This document shows positions 27,201 to 43,000 of a stretch of DNA of 64,000 bases, in pieces. The first letter of the stretch is position 1; every line of letters starts with the position of its first letter. The position numbers were made by a program, and so were the translations under genes. Origin of the DNA: the human T2T-CHM13v2.0 reference genome, Homo sapiens; the NCBI RefSeq assembly GCF_009914755.1, contig NC_060925.1; one strand, 5' to 3'. Below the pieces are notes generated by a model. That model was not told the origin of the DNA. It did no database searches and was given only the letters and a program-made list of their open reading frames with translations.

Positions 27201-30200
27201 AGAATGGAATCGAATGGATTCATTGAATGGAATCAGATGGAATCATCGAATGGACTGGAATGGAATCATTGAATGGACTCGAAAGGGATCATGATTGAAT
27301 GGAATTGAATGGAATCATCGAATGGTCTCGATTGGAATCATTATCAAATGGAATCGAATGGAATCACCGAATAGAATCGAATGGAACAATCATCGAATGG
27401 ACTCAAATGGAATTATCCTCAAATGGAATCGAATGGAATTATCGAATGCAATCGAATGGAATTATCGAATGCAATCGAATAGAATCATCGAATGGACTCG
27501 AATGGAATCATCGAATGGAATGGAATGGAACAGTCAATGAACTCGAATGGAATCATCATTGAATGGAATCGAATGGAATCATCGAGTGGAATCGAATGGA
27601 ATTATGATCAAATGGAATCGAATGTAATCCTCATCAAATGGAATCAAAAATAACCATCATCAATTGGTATTGAATGGAATTGTCATCAAATGGAATTCAA
27701 AGGAATCATCATCAAATGGAACCGAATGGAATCCTCTTTGAATGGAAATGAAAGGGGTCATCATCTAATGGAATCGCATGGAATCATCATCAAATGGAAT
27801 CGAATGGAATCATCATCAAATGGAATCTAATGGAATCATTGAACAGAATTGAATGGAATCGTCATCGAATGAATTGAATGCAATCATCGAATGGTCTCGA
27901 ATGGAATCATCTTCTAATGGAAAGGAATGGAATCATCGCATAGAATCGAATGGAATTATCATCGAATGGAATCGAATGGTATCAACACCAAACGGAAAAA
28001 AACGGAATTATCGAATGGAATCGAAGAGAATCTTCGAACGGACCCGAATGGAATCATCTAATGGAATGGAATGGAATAATCCATGGACTCGAATGCAATC
28101 ATCATCGAATGGAATGGAATGGAATCATCGAATGGACTCGAATGGAATAATCATTGAACGGAATCGAATGGAATCACCATCGGATGGAAACGAATGGAAT
28201 CATCATCGAATGGAAATGAAAGGAGTCATCATCTAATGGAATTGCATGGAATAATCATAAAATGGAATCGAATGGAATCAACATCAAATGGAATCAAATG
28301 GAATCATTGAACGGAATTGAATGGAATCGTCATCGAATGAATTGACTGCAATCATCGAATGGTCTCGAATGGAATCATCTTCAAATGGAATGGAATGGAA
28401 TCATCGCATAGAATCGAATGGAATTATCATCGAATGGAATCGAATGGAATCAACATCCAACGGAAAAAAACGGAATTATCGAATGGAATCGAAGAGAATC
28501 ATCGAATGGACCCGAATGGAATCATCTAATGGAATGGAATGGAATAATCCATGGACTCGAATGCAATCATCATCGAATGGAATCGAATGGAATCATCGAA
28601 TGGACTCGAATGGAATAATCATTGAACGGAATCGAATGGAATCATCATCGGATGGAAATGAATGGAATCATCATCGAATGGAATCGAATAGAATTATGGA
28701 ATGAAATCCAGTGTGATCATCATCGAATGGACCCGAATGGAATCATCATCCAACGGAAGCTAATGGAATCAACATCGAATGAATCGAATGGAAACACCAT
28801 CGAATTGAAACGAATGGAATTATCATGAAATTGAAATGGATGGACTCATCATCGAATGGATTCGAATGGAATCATCGAATAAAATTGATTGAAATCATCA
28901 TCCAATGGAATCGAATGGAATCATCATCAGATGGAAATGAATGGAATCGTCATAGAATGGAATCGAATGGATTCATTGAATGGAATCAGATGGAATCATC
29001 GAATGGACTGGAATGGAATCATTGAATGGACTCGAAAGGGATCATTATTGAATGGAATTGAATGGAATCATCGAATGGTCTCGATTGCAATCATTATCAA
29101 ATGGAATCGAATGGAATCACCGAATAGAATCGAATGGAACAATCATCGAATGGACTCAAATGGAATTATCCTCCAATGGAATCGAATGGAATTATCGAAT
29201 GCAATCGAATAGAATCATCGAATGGACTCGAATGGAATCATCGAATGGAATGGAATGGAACAGTCAATGAACTCGAATGGAATCATCATTGAATGGAATC
29301 GAATGGAATCATCGAGTGGAATCGAATGGAATTATGATCAAATGGAATCGAATGTAATCCTCATCAAATGGAATCAAAAATAACCATCATCAATTGGTAT
29401 TGAATGGAATTGTCATCAAATGGAATTCAAAGGAATCATCATCAAATGGAACCGAATGGAATCCTCATTGAATGGAAATGAAAGGGGTCATCATCTAATG
29501 GAATCGCATGGAATCATCATCAAATGGAATCGAATGGAATCATCATCAAATGGAATCTAATGGAATCATTGAACAGAATTGAATGGAATCGTCATCGAAT
29601 GAATTGAATGCAATCATCGAATGGTCTCGAATGGAATCATCTTCTAATGGAAAGGAATGGAATCATCGCATAGAATCGAATGGAATTATCATCGAATGGA
29701 ATCGAATGGTATCAACACCAAACGGAAAAAAACGGAATTATCGAATGGAATCGAAGAGAATCTTCGAACGGACCCGAATGGAATCATCTAATGGAATGGA
29801 ATGGAATAATCCATGGACTCGAATGCAATCATCATCGAATGGAATGGAATGGAATCATCGAATGGACTCGAATGGAATAATCATTGAACGGAATCGAATG
29901 GAATCATCATCGGATGGAAACGAATGGAATCATCATCGAATGGAAATGAAAGGAGTCATCATCTAATGGAATTGCATGGAATCATCATAAAATGGAATCG
30001 AATGGAATCAACATCAAATGGAATCAAATGGAATCATTGAACGCAATTGAATGGAATCGTCATCGAATGAATTGACTGCAATCATCGAATGGTCTCGAAT
30101 GGAATCATCTTCAAATGGAATGGAATGGAATCATCGCATAGAATCGAATGGAATTATCATCGAATGGAATCGAATGGAATCAACATCAAACGGAAAAAAA

Positions 30201-33200
30201 CAGAATTATCGTATGGAATCGAAGAGAATCATCGAATGGACCCGAATGGAATCATCTAATGGAATGGAATGGAATAATCCATGGACTCGAATGCAATCAT
30301 CATCGAATGGAATCGAATGGAATCATCGAATGGACTCGAATGGAATAATCATTGAACGGAATCGAATGGAATCATCATCGGATGGAAATGAATGGAATCA
30401 TCATCGAATGGAATCGAATAGAATTATGGAATGAAATCCAGTGTGATCATCAGCGAATGGACCCGAATGGAATCATCATCCAACGGAAGCTAATGGAATC
30501 AACATCGAATGAATCGAATGGAAACACCATCGAATTGAAACGAATGGAATTATCATGAAATTGAAATGGATGGACTCATCATCGAATGGATTCGAATGGA
30601 ATCATCGAATAAAATTGATTGAAATCATCATCCAATGGAATCGAATGGTATCATTGAATGGAATCGAATGGAATCATCATCAGATGGAAATGAATGGAAT
30701 CGTCATAGAATGGAATCGAATGGATTCATTGAATGGAATCAGATGGAATCATCGAATGGACTGGAATGGAATCATTGAATGGACTCGAAAGGGATCATTA
30801 TTGAATGGAATTGAATGGAATCATCGAATGGTCTCGATTGGAATCATTATCAAATGGAATCGAATGGAATCACCGAATAGAATCGAATGGAACAATCATC
30901 GAATGGACTCAAATGGAATTATCCTCAAATGGAATCGAATGGAATTATCGAATGCAATCGAATGGAATTATCGAATGCAATCGAATAGAATCATCGAAAG
31001 GACTCGAATGGAATCATCGAATGGAATGGAATGGAACAGTCAATGAACTCGAATGGAATCATCATTGAATGGAATCGAATGGAATCATCGAGTGGAATCG
31101 AATGGAATTATGATCAAATGGAATCGAATGTAATCATCATCAAATGGAATCAAAAATAACCATCATCAATTGGTATTGAATGGAATTGTCATCAAATGGA
31201 ATTCAAAGGAAACATCATCAAATGGAACCGAATGGAATCCTCATTGAATGGAAATGAAAGGGGTCATCATCTAATGGAATCGCATGGAATCATCATCAAA
31301 TGGAATCGAATGGAATCATCATCAAATGGAATCAAATGGAATTATTGAACAGAATTGAATGGAATCGTCATCGAATGAATTGAATGCAATCATCGAATGG
31401 TCTCGAATGGAATCATCTTCTACTGGAAAGGAATGGAATCATCGCATAGAATCGAATGGAATTATCATCGAATGGAATCGAATGGTATCAACACCAAACG
31501 GAAAAAAACGGAATTATCGAATGGAATCGAAGAGAATCTTCGAACGGACCCGAATGGAATCATCTAATGGAATGGAATGGAATAATCCATGGACTCGAAT
31601 GCAATCATCATCGAATGGAATGGAATGGAATCATCGAATGGACTCGAATGGAATAATCATTGAACGGAATCGAATGGAATCATCATCGGATGGAAACGAA
31701 TGGAATCATCATCGAATGGAAATGAAAGGAGTCATCATCTAATGGAATTGCATGGAATCATCATCAAATGGAATCGAATGGAATCAACATCAAATGGAAT
31801 CAAATGGAATCATTGAACGGAATTGAATGGAATCGTCATCGAATGAATTGACTGTAATCATCGAATGGTCTCGAATGGAATCATCTTCAAATGGAATGGA
31901 ATGGAATCATCGCATAGAATCGAATGGAATTATCATCGAATGGAATCGAATGGAATCAACATCAAACGGAAAAAAACGGAATTATCGAATGGAATCGAAG
32001 AGAATCATCGAATGGACCCGAATGGAATCATCTAATGGAATGGAATGGAATAATCCATGGACTCGAATGCAATCATCATCGAATGGAATCGAATGGAATC
32101 ATCGAATGGACTCGAATGGAATAATCATTGAACGGAATCGAATGGAATCATCATCGGATGGAAATGAATGGAATCATCATCGAATGGAATCGAATAGAAT
32201 TATGGAATGAAATCCAGTGTGATCATCATCGAATGGACCCGAATGGAATCATCATCCAACGGAAGCTAATGGAATCAACATCGAATGAATCGAATGGAAA
32301 CACCATCGAATTGAAACGAATGGAATTATCATGAAATTGAAATGGATGGACTCATCATCGAATGGATTCGAATGGAATCATCGAATAAAATTGATTGAAA
32401 TCATCATCCAATGGAATCGAATGGTATCATTGAATGGAATCGAATGGAATCATCATCAGATGGAAATGAATGGAATCGTCATAGAATGGAATCGAATGGA
32501 TTCATTGAATGGAATCAGATGGAATCATCGAATGGACTGGAATGGAATCATTGAATGGACTCGAAAGGGATCATGATTGAATGGAATTGAATGGAATCAT
32601 CGAATGGTCTCGATTGGAATCATTATCAAATGGAATCGAATGGAATCACCGAATAGAATCGAATGGAACAATCATCGAATGGACTCAAATGGAATTATCC
32701 TCCAATGGAATCGAATGGAATTATCGAATGCAATCGAATGGAATTATCGAATGCAATCGAATAGAATCATCGAATGGACTCGAATGGAATCATCGAATGG
32801 AATGGAATGGAACAGTCAATGAACTCGAATGGAATCATCATTGAATGGAATCGAATGGAATCATCGAGTGGAATCGAATGGAATTATGATCAAATGGAAT
32901 CGAATGTAATCCTCATCAAATGGAATCAAAAATAACCATCATCAATTGGTATTGAATGGAATTGTCATCAAATGGAATTCAAAGGAATCATCATCAAATG
33001 GAACCGAATGGAATCCTCATTGAATGGAAATGAAAGGGGTCATCATCTAATGGAATCGCATGGAATCATCATCAAATGGAATCGAATGGAATCATCATCA
33101 AATGGAATCTAATGGAATCATTGAACAGAATTGAATGGAATCGTCATCGAATGAATTGAATGCAATCATCGAATGGTCTCGAATGGAATCATCTTCTAAT

Positions 33201-35757
33201 GGAAAGGAATGGAATCATCGCATAGAATCGAATGGAATTATCATCGAATGGAATCGAATGGTATCAACACCAAACGGAAAAAAACGGAATTATCGAATGG
33301 AATCGAAGAGAATCTTCGAACGGACCCGAATGGAATCATCTAATGGAATGGAATGGAATAATCCATGGACTCGAATGCAATCATCATCGAATGGAATGGA
33401 ATGGAATCATCGAATGGACTCGAATGGAATAATCATTGAACGGAATCGAATGGAATCATCATCGGATGGAAACGAATGGAATCATCATCGAATGGAAATG
33501 AAAGGAGTCATCATCTAATGGAATTGCATGGAATCATCATCAAATGGAATCGAATGGAATCAACATCAAATGGAATCAAATGGAATCATTGAACGGAATT
33601 GAATGGAATCGTCATCGAATGAATTGACTGCAATCATCGAATGGTCTTGAATGGAATCATCTTCAAATGGAATGGAATGGAATCATCGCATAGAATCGAA
33701 TGGAATTATCATCGAATGGAATCGAATGGAATCAACATCAAACGGAAAAAAACGGAATTATCGAATGGAATCGAAGAGAATCATCGAATGGACCCGAATG
33801 GAATCATCTAATGGAATGGAATGGAATAATCCATGGACTCGAATGCAATCATCATCGAATGGAATCGAATGGAATCATCGAATGGACTCGAATGGAATAA
33901 TCATTGAACGGAATCGAATGGAATCATCATCGGATGGAAATGAATGGAATCATCATCGAATGGAATCGAATAGAATTATGGAATGAAATCCAGTGTGATC
34001 ATCATCGAATGGACCCGAATGGAATCATCATCCAACGGAAGCTAATGGAATCAACATCGAATGAATCGAATGGAAACACCATCGAATTGAAACGAATGGA
34101 ATTATCATGAAATTGAAATGGATGGACTCATCATCGAATGGATTCGAATGGAATCATCGAATAAAATTGATTGAAATCATCATCCAATGGAATCGAATGG
34201 TATCATTGAATGGAATCGAATGGAATCATCATCAGATGGAAATGAATGGAATCGTCATAGAATGGAATCGAATGGATTCATTGAATGGAATCAGATGGAA
34301 TCATCGAATGGACTGGAATGGAATCATTGAATGGACTCGAAAGGGATCATTATTGAATGGAATTGAATGGAATCATCGAATGGTCTCGATTGGAATCATT
34401 ATCAAATGGAATCGAATGGAATCACCGAATAGAATCGAATGGAACAATCATCGAATGGACTCAAATGGAATTATCCTCAAATGGAATCGAATGGAATTAT
34501 CGAATGCAATCGAATGGAATTATCGAATGCAATCGAATAGAATGATCGAATGGACTCGAATGGAATCATCGAATGGAATGGAATGGAACAGTCAATGAAC
34601 TCGAATGGAATCATCATTGAATGGAATCGAATGGAATCATCGAGTGGAATCGAATGGAATTATGATCAAATGCAATCGAATGTAATCCTCATCAAATGGA
34701 ATCTAAAATAACCATCATCAATTGGTATTGAATGGAATTGTCATCAAATGGAATTCAAAGGAATCATCATCAAATGGAACCGAATGGAATCCTCATTGAA
34801 TGGAAATGAAAGGGGTCATCATCTAATGGAATCGCATGGAATCATCATCAAATGGAATCGAATGGAATCATCATCAAATGGAATCTAATGGAATCATTGA
34901 ACAGAATTGAATGGAATCGTCATCGAATGAATTGAATGCAATCATCGAATGGTCTCGAATGGAATCATCTTCTAATGGAAAGGAATGGAATCATCGCATA
35001 GAATCGAATGGAATTATCATCGAATGGAATCGAATGGTATCAACACCAAACGGAAAAAAACGGAATGATCGAATGGAATCGAAGAGAATCTTCGAACGGA
35101 CCCGAATGGAATCATCTAATGGAATGGAATGGAATAATCCATGGACTCGAATGCAATCATCATCGAATGGAATCGAATGGAGTCATCGAATGGACTCGAA
35201 TGGAATAATCATTGAACGGAATCGAATGGAATCATCATCGGATGGAAACGAATGGAATCATCATCGAATGGAAATGAAAGGAGTCATCATCTAATGGAAT
35301 TGCATGGAATCATCATAAAATGGAATCGAATGGAATCAACATCAAATGGAATCAAATGGAATCATTGAACGGAATTGAATGGAATCGTCATCGAATGAAT
35401 TGACTGCAATCATCCAATGGTCTCGAATGGAATCATCTTCAAATGGAATGGAATGGAATCATCGCATAGAATCGAATGGAATTATCATCGAATGGAATCG
35501 AATGGAATCAACATCAAACGGAAAAAAACGGAATTATCGAATGGAATCGAAGAGAATCATCGAATGGACCCGAATGGAATCATCTAATGGAATGGAATGG
35601 AATAATCCATGGACTCGAATGCAATCATCATCGAATGGAATCGAATGGAATCATCGAATGGACTCGAATGGAATAATCATTGAACGGAATCGAATGGAAT
35701 CATCATCGGATGGAAATGAATGGAATCATCATCGAATGGAATCGAATAGAATTATGG

Positions 35758-37065
35758 AATGAAATCCAGTGTGATCATCATCGAATGGACCCGAATGGAA
35801 TCATCATCCAACGGAAGCTAATGGAATCAACATCGAATGAATCGAATGGAAACACCATCGAATTGAAACGAATGGAATTATCATGAAATTGAAATGGATG
35901 GACTCATCATCGAATGGATTCGAATGGAATCATCGAATAAAATTGATTGAAATCATCATCCAATGGAATCGAATGGTATCATTGAATGGAATCGAATGGA
36001 ATCATCATCAGATGGAAATGAATGGAATCGTCATAGAATGGAATCGAATGGATTCATTGAATGGAATCAGATGGAATCATCGAATGGACTGGAATGGAAT
36101 CATTGAATGGACTCGAAAGGGATCATGATTGAATGGAATTGAATGGAATCATCGAATGGTCTCGATTGGAATCATTATCAAATGGAATCGAATGGAATCA
36201 CCGAATAGAATCGAATGGAACAATCATCGAATGGACTCAAATGGAATTATCCTCCAATGGAATCGAATGGAATTATCGAATGCAATCGAATGGAATTATC
36301 GAATGCAATCGAATAGAATCATCGAAAGGACTCGAATGGAATCATCGAATGGAATGGAATGGAACAGTCAATGAACTCGAATGGAATCATCATTGAATGG
36401 AATCGAATGGAATCATCGAGTGGAAACGAATGGAATTATGATCAAATGGAATCGAATGGAATCATCATCAAATGGAATCAAAAATAACCATCATCAATTG
36501 GTATTGAATGGAATTGTCATCAAATGGAATTCAAAGGAATCATCATCAAATGGAACCGAATGGAATCCTCATTGAATGGAAATGAAAGGGGTCATCATCT
36601 AATGGAATCGCATGGAATCATCATCAAATGGAATCGAATGGAATCATCATCAAATGGAATCTAATGGAATCATTGAACAGAATTGAATGGAATCGTCATC
36701 GAATGAATTGAATGCAATCATCGAATGGTCTCGAATGGAATCATCTTCAAATGGAATGGAATGGAATCATCGCATAGAATCGAATGGAATTATCATCGAA
36801 TGGAATCGAATGGAATCAACATCAAACGGAAAAAAACAGAATTATCGTATGGAATCGAAGAGAATCATCGAATGGACCCGAATGGAATCATCTAATGGAA
36901 TGGAATGGAATAATCCATGGACTCGAATGCAATCATCATCGAATGGAATCGAATGGAATCATCGAATGGACTCGAATGGAATAATCATTGAACGGAATCG
37001 AATGGAATCATCATCGGATGGAAATGAATGGAATCATCATCGAATGGAATCGAATAGAATTATGG
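35758..37065 (+). repeat. Contracted 1308-bp unit with a single chimeric 468-bp subunit
   Basis: Only one subunit landmark (36687); 1776-468=1308; A-type head and B-type body. Confidence 0.95.
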
Positions 37066-40000
37066 AATGAAATCCAGTGTGATCATCATCGAATGGACCC
37101 GAATGGAATCATCATCCAACGGAAGCTAATGGAATCAACATCGAATGAATCGAATGGAAACACCATCGAATTGAAACGAATGGAATTATCATGAAATTGA
37201 AATGGATGGACTCATCATCGAATGGATTCGAATGGAATCATCGAATAAAATTGATTGAAATCATCATCCAATGGAATCGAATGGTATCATTGAATGGAAT
37301 CGAATGGAATCATCATCAGATGGAAATGAATGGAATCGTCATAGAATGGAATCGAATGGATTCATTGAATGGAATCAGATGGAATCATCGAATGGACTGG
37401 AATGGAATCATTGAATGGACTCGAAAGGGATCATTATTGAATGGAATTGAATGGAATCATCGAATGGTCTCGATTGGAATCATTATCAAATGGAATCGAA
37501 TGGAATCACCGAATAGAATCGAATGGAACAATCATCGAATGGACTCAAATGGAATTATCCTCAAATGGAATCTTATGGAATTATCGAATGCAATCGAATG
37601 GAATTATCGAATGCAATCGAATAGAATCATCGAAAGGACTCGAATGGAATCATCGAATGGAATGGAATGGAACAGTCAATGAACTCGAATGGAATCATCA
37701 TTGAATGGAATCGAATGGAATCATCGAGTGGAATCGAATGGAATTATGATCAAATGGAATCTAATGTAATCATCATCAAATGGAATCAAAAATAACCTTC
37801 ATCAATTGGTATTGAATGGAATTGTCATCAAATGGAATTCAAAGGAATCATCATCAAATGGAACCGAATGGAATCCTCATTGAATGGAAATGAAAGGGGT
37901 CATCATCTAATGGAATCGCATGGAATCATCATCAAATGGAATCGAATGGAATCATCATCAAATGGAATCTAATGGAATCATTGAACAGAATTGAATGGAA
38001 TCGTCATCGAATGAATTGAATGCAATCATCGAATGGTCTCGAATGGAATCATCTTCTAATGGAAAGGAATGGAATCATCGCATAGAATCGAATGGAATTA
38101 TCATCGAATGGAATCGAATGGTATCAACACCAAACGGAAAAAAACGGAATTATCGAATGGAATCGAAGAGAATCTTCGAACGGACCCGAATGGAATCATC
38201 TAATGGAATGGAATGGAATAATCCATGGACTCGAATGCAATCATCATCGAATGGAATGGAATGGAATCATCGAATGGACTCGAATGGAATAATCATTGAA
38301 CGGAATCGAATGGAATCATCATCGGATGGAAACGAATGGAATCATCATCGAATGGAAATGAAAGGAGTCATCATCTAATGGAATTGCATGGAATCATCAT
38401 AAAATGGAATCGAATGGAATCAACATCAAATGGAATCAAATGGAATCATTGAACGGAATTGAATGGAATCGTCATCGAATGAATTGTCTGCAATCATCGA
38501 ATGGTCTCGAATGGAATCATCTTCAAATGGAATGGAATGGAATCATCGCATAGAATCGAATGGAATTATCATCGAATGGAATCGAATGGAATCAACATCA
38601 AACGGAAAAAAACGGAATTATCGAATGGAATCGAAGAGAATCATCGAATGGACCCGAATGGAATCATCTAATGGAATGGAATGGAATAATCCATGGACCT
38701 CGAATGCAATCATCATCGAATGGAATCGAATGGAATCATCGAATGGACTCGAATGGAATAATCATTGAACGGAATCGAATGGAATCATCATCGGATGGAA
38801 ATGAATGGAATCATCATCGAATGGAATCGAATAGAATTATGGAATGAAAACCAGTGTGATCATCATCGAATGGACCCGAATGGAATCATCATCCAACGGA
38901 AGCTAATGGAATCAACATCGAATGAATCGAATGGAAACACCATCGAATTGAAACGAATGGAATTATCATGAAATTGAAATGGATGGACTCATCATCGAAT
39001 GGATTCGAATGGAATCATCGAATAAAATTGATTGAAATCATCATCGAATGGAATCGAATGGTATCATTGAATGGAATCGAATGGAATCATCATCAGATGG
39101 AAATGAATGGAATCGTCATAGAATGGAATCGAATGGATTCATTGAATGGAATCAGATGGAATCATCGAATGGACTGGAATGGAATCATTGAATGGACTCG
39201 AAAGGGATCATTATTGAATGGAATTGAATGGAATCATCGAATGGTCTCGATTGGAATCATTATCAAATGGAATCGAATGGAATCACCGAATAGAATCGAA
39301 TGGAACAATCATCGAATGGACTCAAATGGAATTATCCTCCAATGGAATCGAATGGAATTATCGAATGCAATCGAATGGAATTATCGAATGCAATCGAATA
39401 GAATCATCGAATGGACTCGAATGGAATCATCGAATGGAATGGAATGGAACAGTCAATGAACTCGAATGGAATCATCATTGAATGGAATCGAATGGAATCA
39501 TCGAGTGGAATCGAATGGAATTATGATCAAATGGAATCGAATGTAATCCTCATCAAATGGAATCAAAAATAACCATCATCAATTGGTATTGAATGGAATT
39601 GTCATCAAATGGAATTCAAAGGAATCATCATCAAATGGAACCGAATGGAATCCTCATTGAATGGAAATGAAAGGGGTCATCATCTAATGGAATCGCATGG
39701 AATCATCATCAAATGGAATCGAATGGAATCATCATCAAATGGAATCTAATGGAATCATTGAACAGAATTGAATGGAATCGTCATCGAATGAATTGAATGC
39801 AATCATCGAATGGTCTCGAATGGAATCATCTTCTAATGGAAAGGAATGGAATCATCGCATAGAATCGAATGGAATTATCATCGAATGGAATCGAATGGTA
39901 TCAACACCAAACGGAAAAAAACGGAATTATCGAATGGAATTGAAGAGAATCTTCGAACGGACCCGAATGGAATCATCTAATGGAATGGAATGGAATAATC

Positions 40001-43000
40001 CATGGACTCGAATGCAATCATCATCGAATGGAATGGAATGGAATCATCGAATGGACTCGAATGGAATAATCATTGAACGGAATCGAATGGAATCATCATC
40101 GGATGGAAACGAATGGAATCATCATCGAATGGAAATGAAAGGAGTCATCATCTAATGGAATTGCATGGAATCATCATCAAATGGAATCGAATGGAATCAA
40201 CATCAAATGGAATCAAATGGAATCATTGAACGGAATTGAATGGAATCGTCATCGAATGAATTGACTGCAATCATCGAATGGTCTCGAATGGAATCATCTT
40301 CAAATGGAATGGAATGGAATCATCGCATAGAATCGAATGGAATTATCATCGAATGGAATCGAATGGAATCAACATCAAACGGAAAAAAACGGAATTATCG
40401 AATGGAATCGAAGAGAATCATCGAATGGACCCGAATGGAATCATCTAATGGAATGGAATGGAATAATCCATGGACTCGAATGCAATCATCATCGAATGGA
40501 ATCGAATGGAATCATCGAATGGACTCGAATGGAATAATCATTGAACGGAATCGAATGGAATCATCATCGGATGGAAATGAATGGAATCATCATCGAATGG
40601 AATCGAATAGAATTATGGAATGAAATCCAGTGTGATCATCATCGAATGGACCCGAATGGAATCATCATCCAACGGAAGCTAATGGAATCAACATCGAATG
40701 AATCGAATGGAAACACCATCGAATTGAAACGAATGGAATTATCATGAAATTGAAATGGATGGACTCATCATCGAATGGATTCGAATGGAATCATCGAATA
40801 AAATTGATTGAAATCATCATCCAATGGAATCGAATGGTATCATTGAATGGAATCGAATGGAATCATCATCAGATGGAAATGAATGGAATCGTCATAGAAT
40901 GGAATCGAATGGATTCATTGAATGGAATCAGATGGAATCATCGAATGGACTGGAATGGAATCATTGAATGGACTCGAAAGGGATCATGATTGAATGGAAT
41001 TGAATGGAATCATCGAATGGTCTCGATTGGAATCATTATCAAATGGAATCGAATGGAATCACCGAATAGAATCGAATGGAACAATCATCGAATGGACTCA
41101 AATGGAATTATCCTCAAATGGAATCGAATGGAATTATCGAATGCAATCGAATGGAATTATCGAATGCAATCGAATAGAATCATCGAAAGGACTCGAATGG
41201 AATCATCGAATGGAATGGAATGGAACAGTCAATGAACTCGAATGGAATCATCATTGAATGGAATCGAATGGAATCATCGAGTGGAATCGAATGGAATTAT
41301 GATCAAATGGAATCGAATGTAATCATCATCAAATGGAATCAAAAATAACCATCATCAATTGGTATTGAATGGAATTGTCATCAAATGGAATTCAAAGGAA
41401 ACATCATCAAATGGAACCGAATGGAATCCTCATTGAATGGAAATGAAAGGGGTCATCATCTAATGGAATCGCATGGAATCATCATCAAATGGAATCGAAT
41501 GGAATCATCATCAAATGGAATCAAATGGAATTATTGAACAGAATTGAATGGAATCGTCATCGAATGAATTGAATGCAATCATCGAATGGTCTCGAATGGA
41601 ATCATCTTCTACTGGAAAGGAATGGAATCATCGCATAGAATCGAATGGAATTATCATCGAATGGAATCGAATGGTATCAACACCAAACGGAAAAAAACGG
41701 AATTATCGAATGGAATCGAAGAGAATCTTCGAACGGACCCGAATGGAATCATCTAATGGAATGGAATGGAATAATCCATGGACTCGAATGCAATCATCAT
41801 CGAATGGAATGGAATGGAATCATCGAATGGACTCGAATGGAATAATCATTGAACGGAATCGAATGGAATCATCATCGGATGGAAACGAATGGAATCATCA
41901 TCGAATGGAAATGAAAGGAGTCATCATCTAATGGAATTGCATGGAATCATCATAAAATGGAATCGAATGGAATCAACATCAAATGGAATCAAATGGAATC
42001 ATTGAACGGAATTGAATGGAATCGTCATCGAATGAATTGACTGCAATCATCGAATGGTCTCGAATGGAATCATCTTCAAATGGAATGGAATGGAATCATC
42101 GCATAGAATCGAATGGAATTATCATCGAATGGAATCGAATGGAATCAACATCAAACGGAAAAAAACGGAATTATCGAATGGAATCGAAGAGAATCATCGA
42201 ATGGACCCGAATGGAATCATCTAATGGATTGGAATGGAATAATCCATGGACTCGAATGCAATCATCATCGAATGGAATCGAATGGAATCATCGAATGGAC
42301 TCGAATGGAATAATCATTGAACGGAATCGAATGGAATCATCATCGGATGGAAATGAATGGAATCATCATCGAATGGAATCGAATAGAATTATGGAATGAA
42401 ATCCAGTGTGATCATCATCGAATGGACCCGAATGGAATCATCATCCAACGGAAGCTAATGGAATCAACATCGAATGAATCGAATGGAAACACCATCGAAT
42501 TGAAACGAATGGAATTATCATGAAATTGAAATGGATGGACTCATCATCGAATGGATTCGAATGGAATCATCGAATAAAATTGATTGAAATCATCATCCAA
42601 TGGAATCGAATGGTATCATTGAATGGAATCGAATGGAATCATCATCAGATGGAAATGAATGGAATCGTCATAGAATGGAATCGAATGGATTCATTGAATG
42701 GAATCAGATGGAATCATCGAATGGACTGGAATGGAATCATTGAATGGACTCGAAAGGGATCATGATTGAATGGAATTGAATGGAATCATCGAATGGTCTC
42801 GATTGGAATCATTATCAAATGGAATCGAATGGAATCACCGAATAGAATCGAATGGAACAATCATCGAATGGACTCAAATGGAATTATCCTCAAATGGAAT
42901 CGAATGGAATTATCGAATGCAATCGAATGGAATTATCGAATGCAATCGAATAGAATCATCGAAAGGACTCGAATGGAATCATCGAATGGAATGGAATGGA

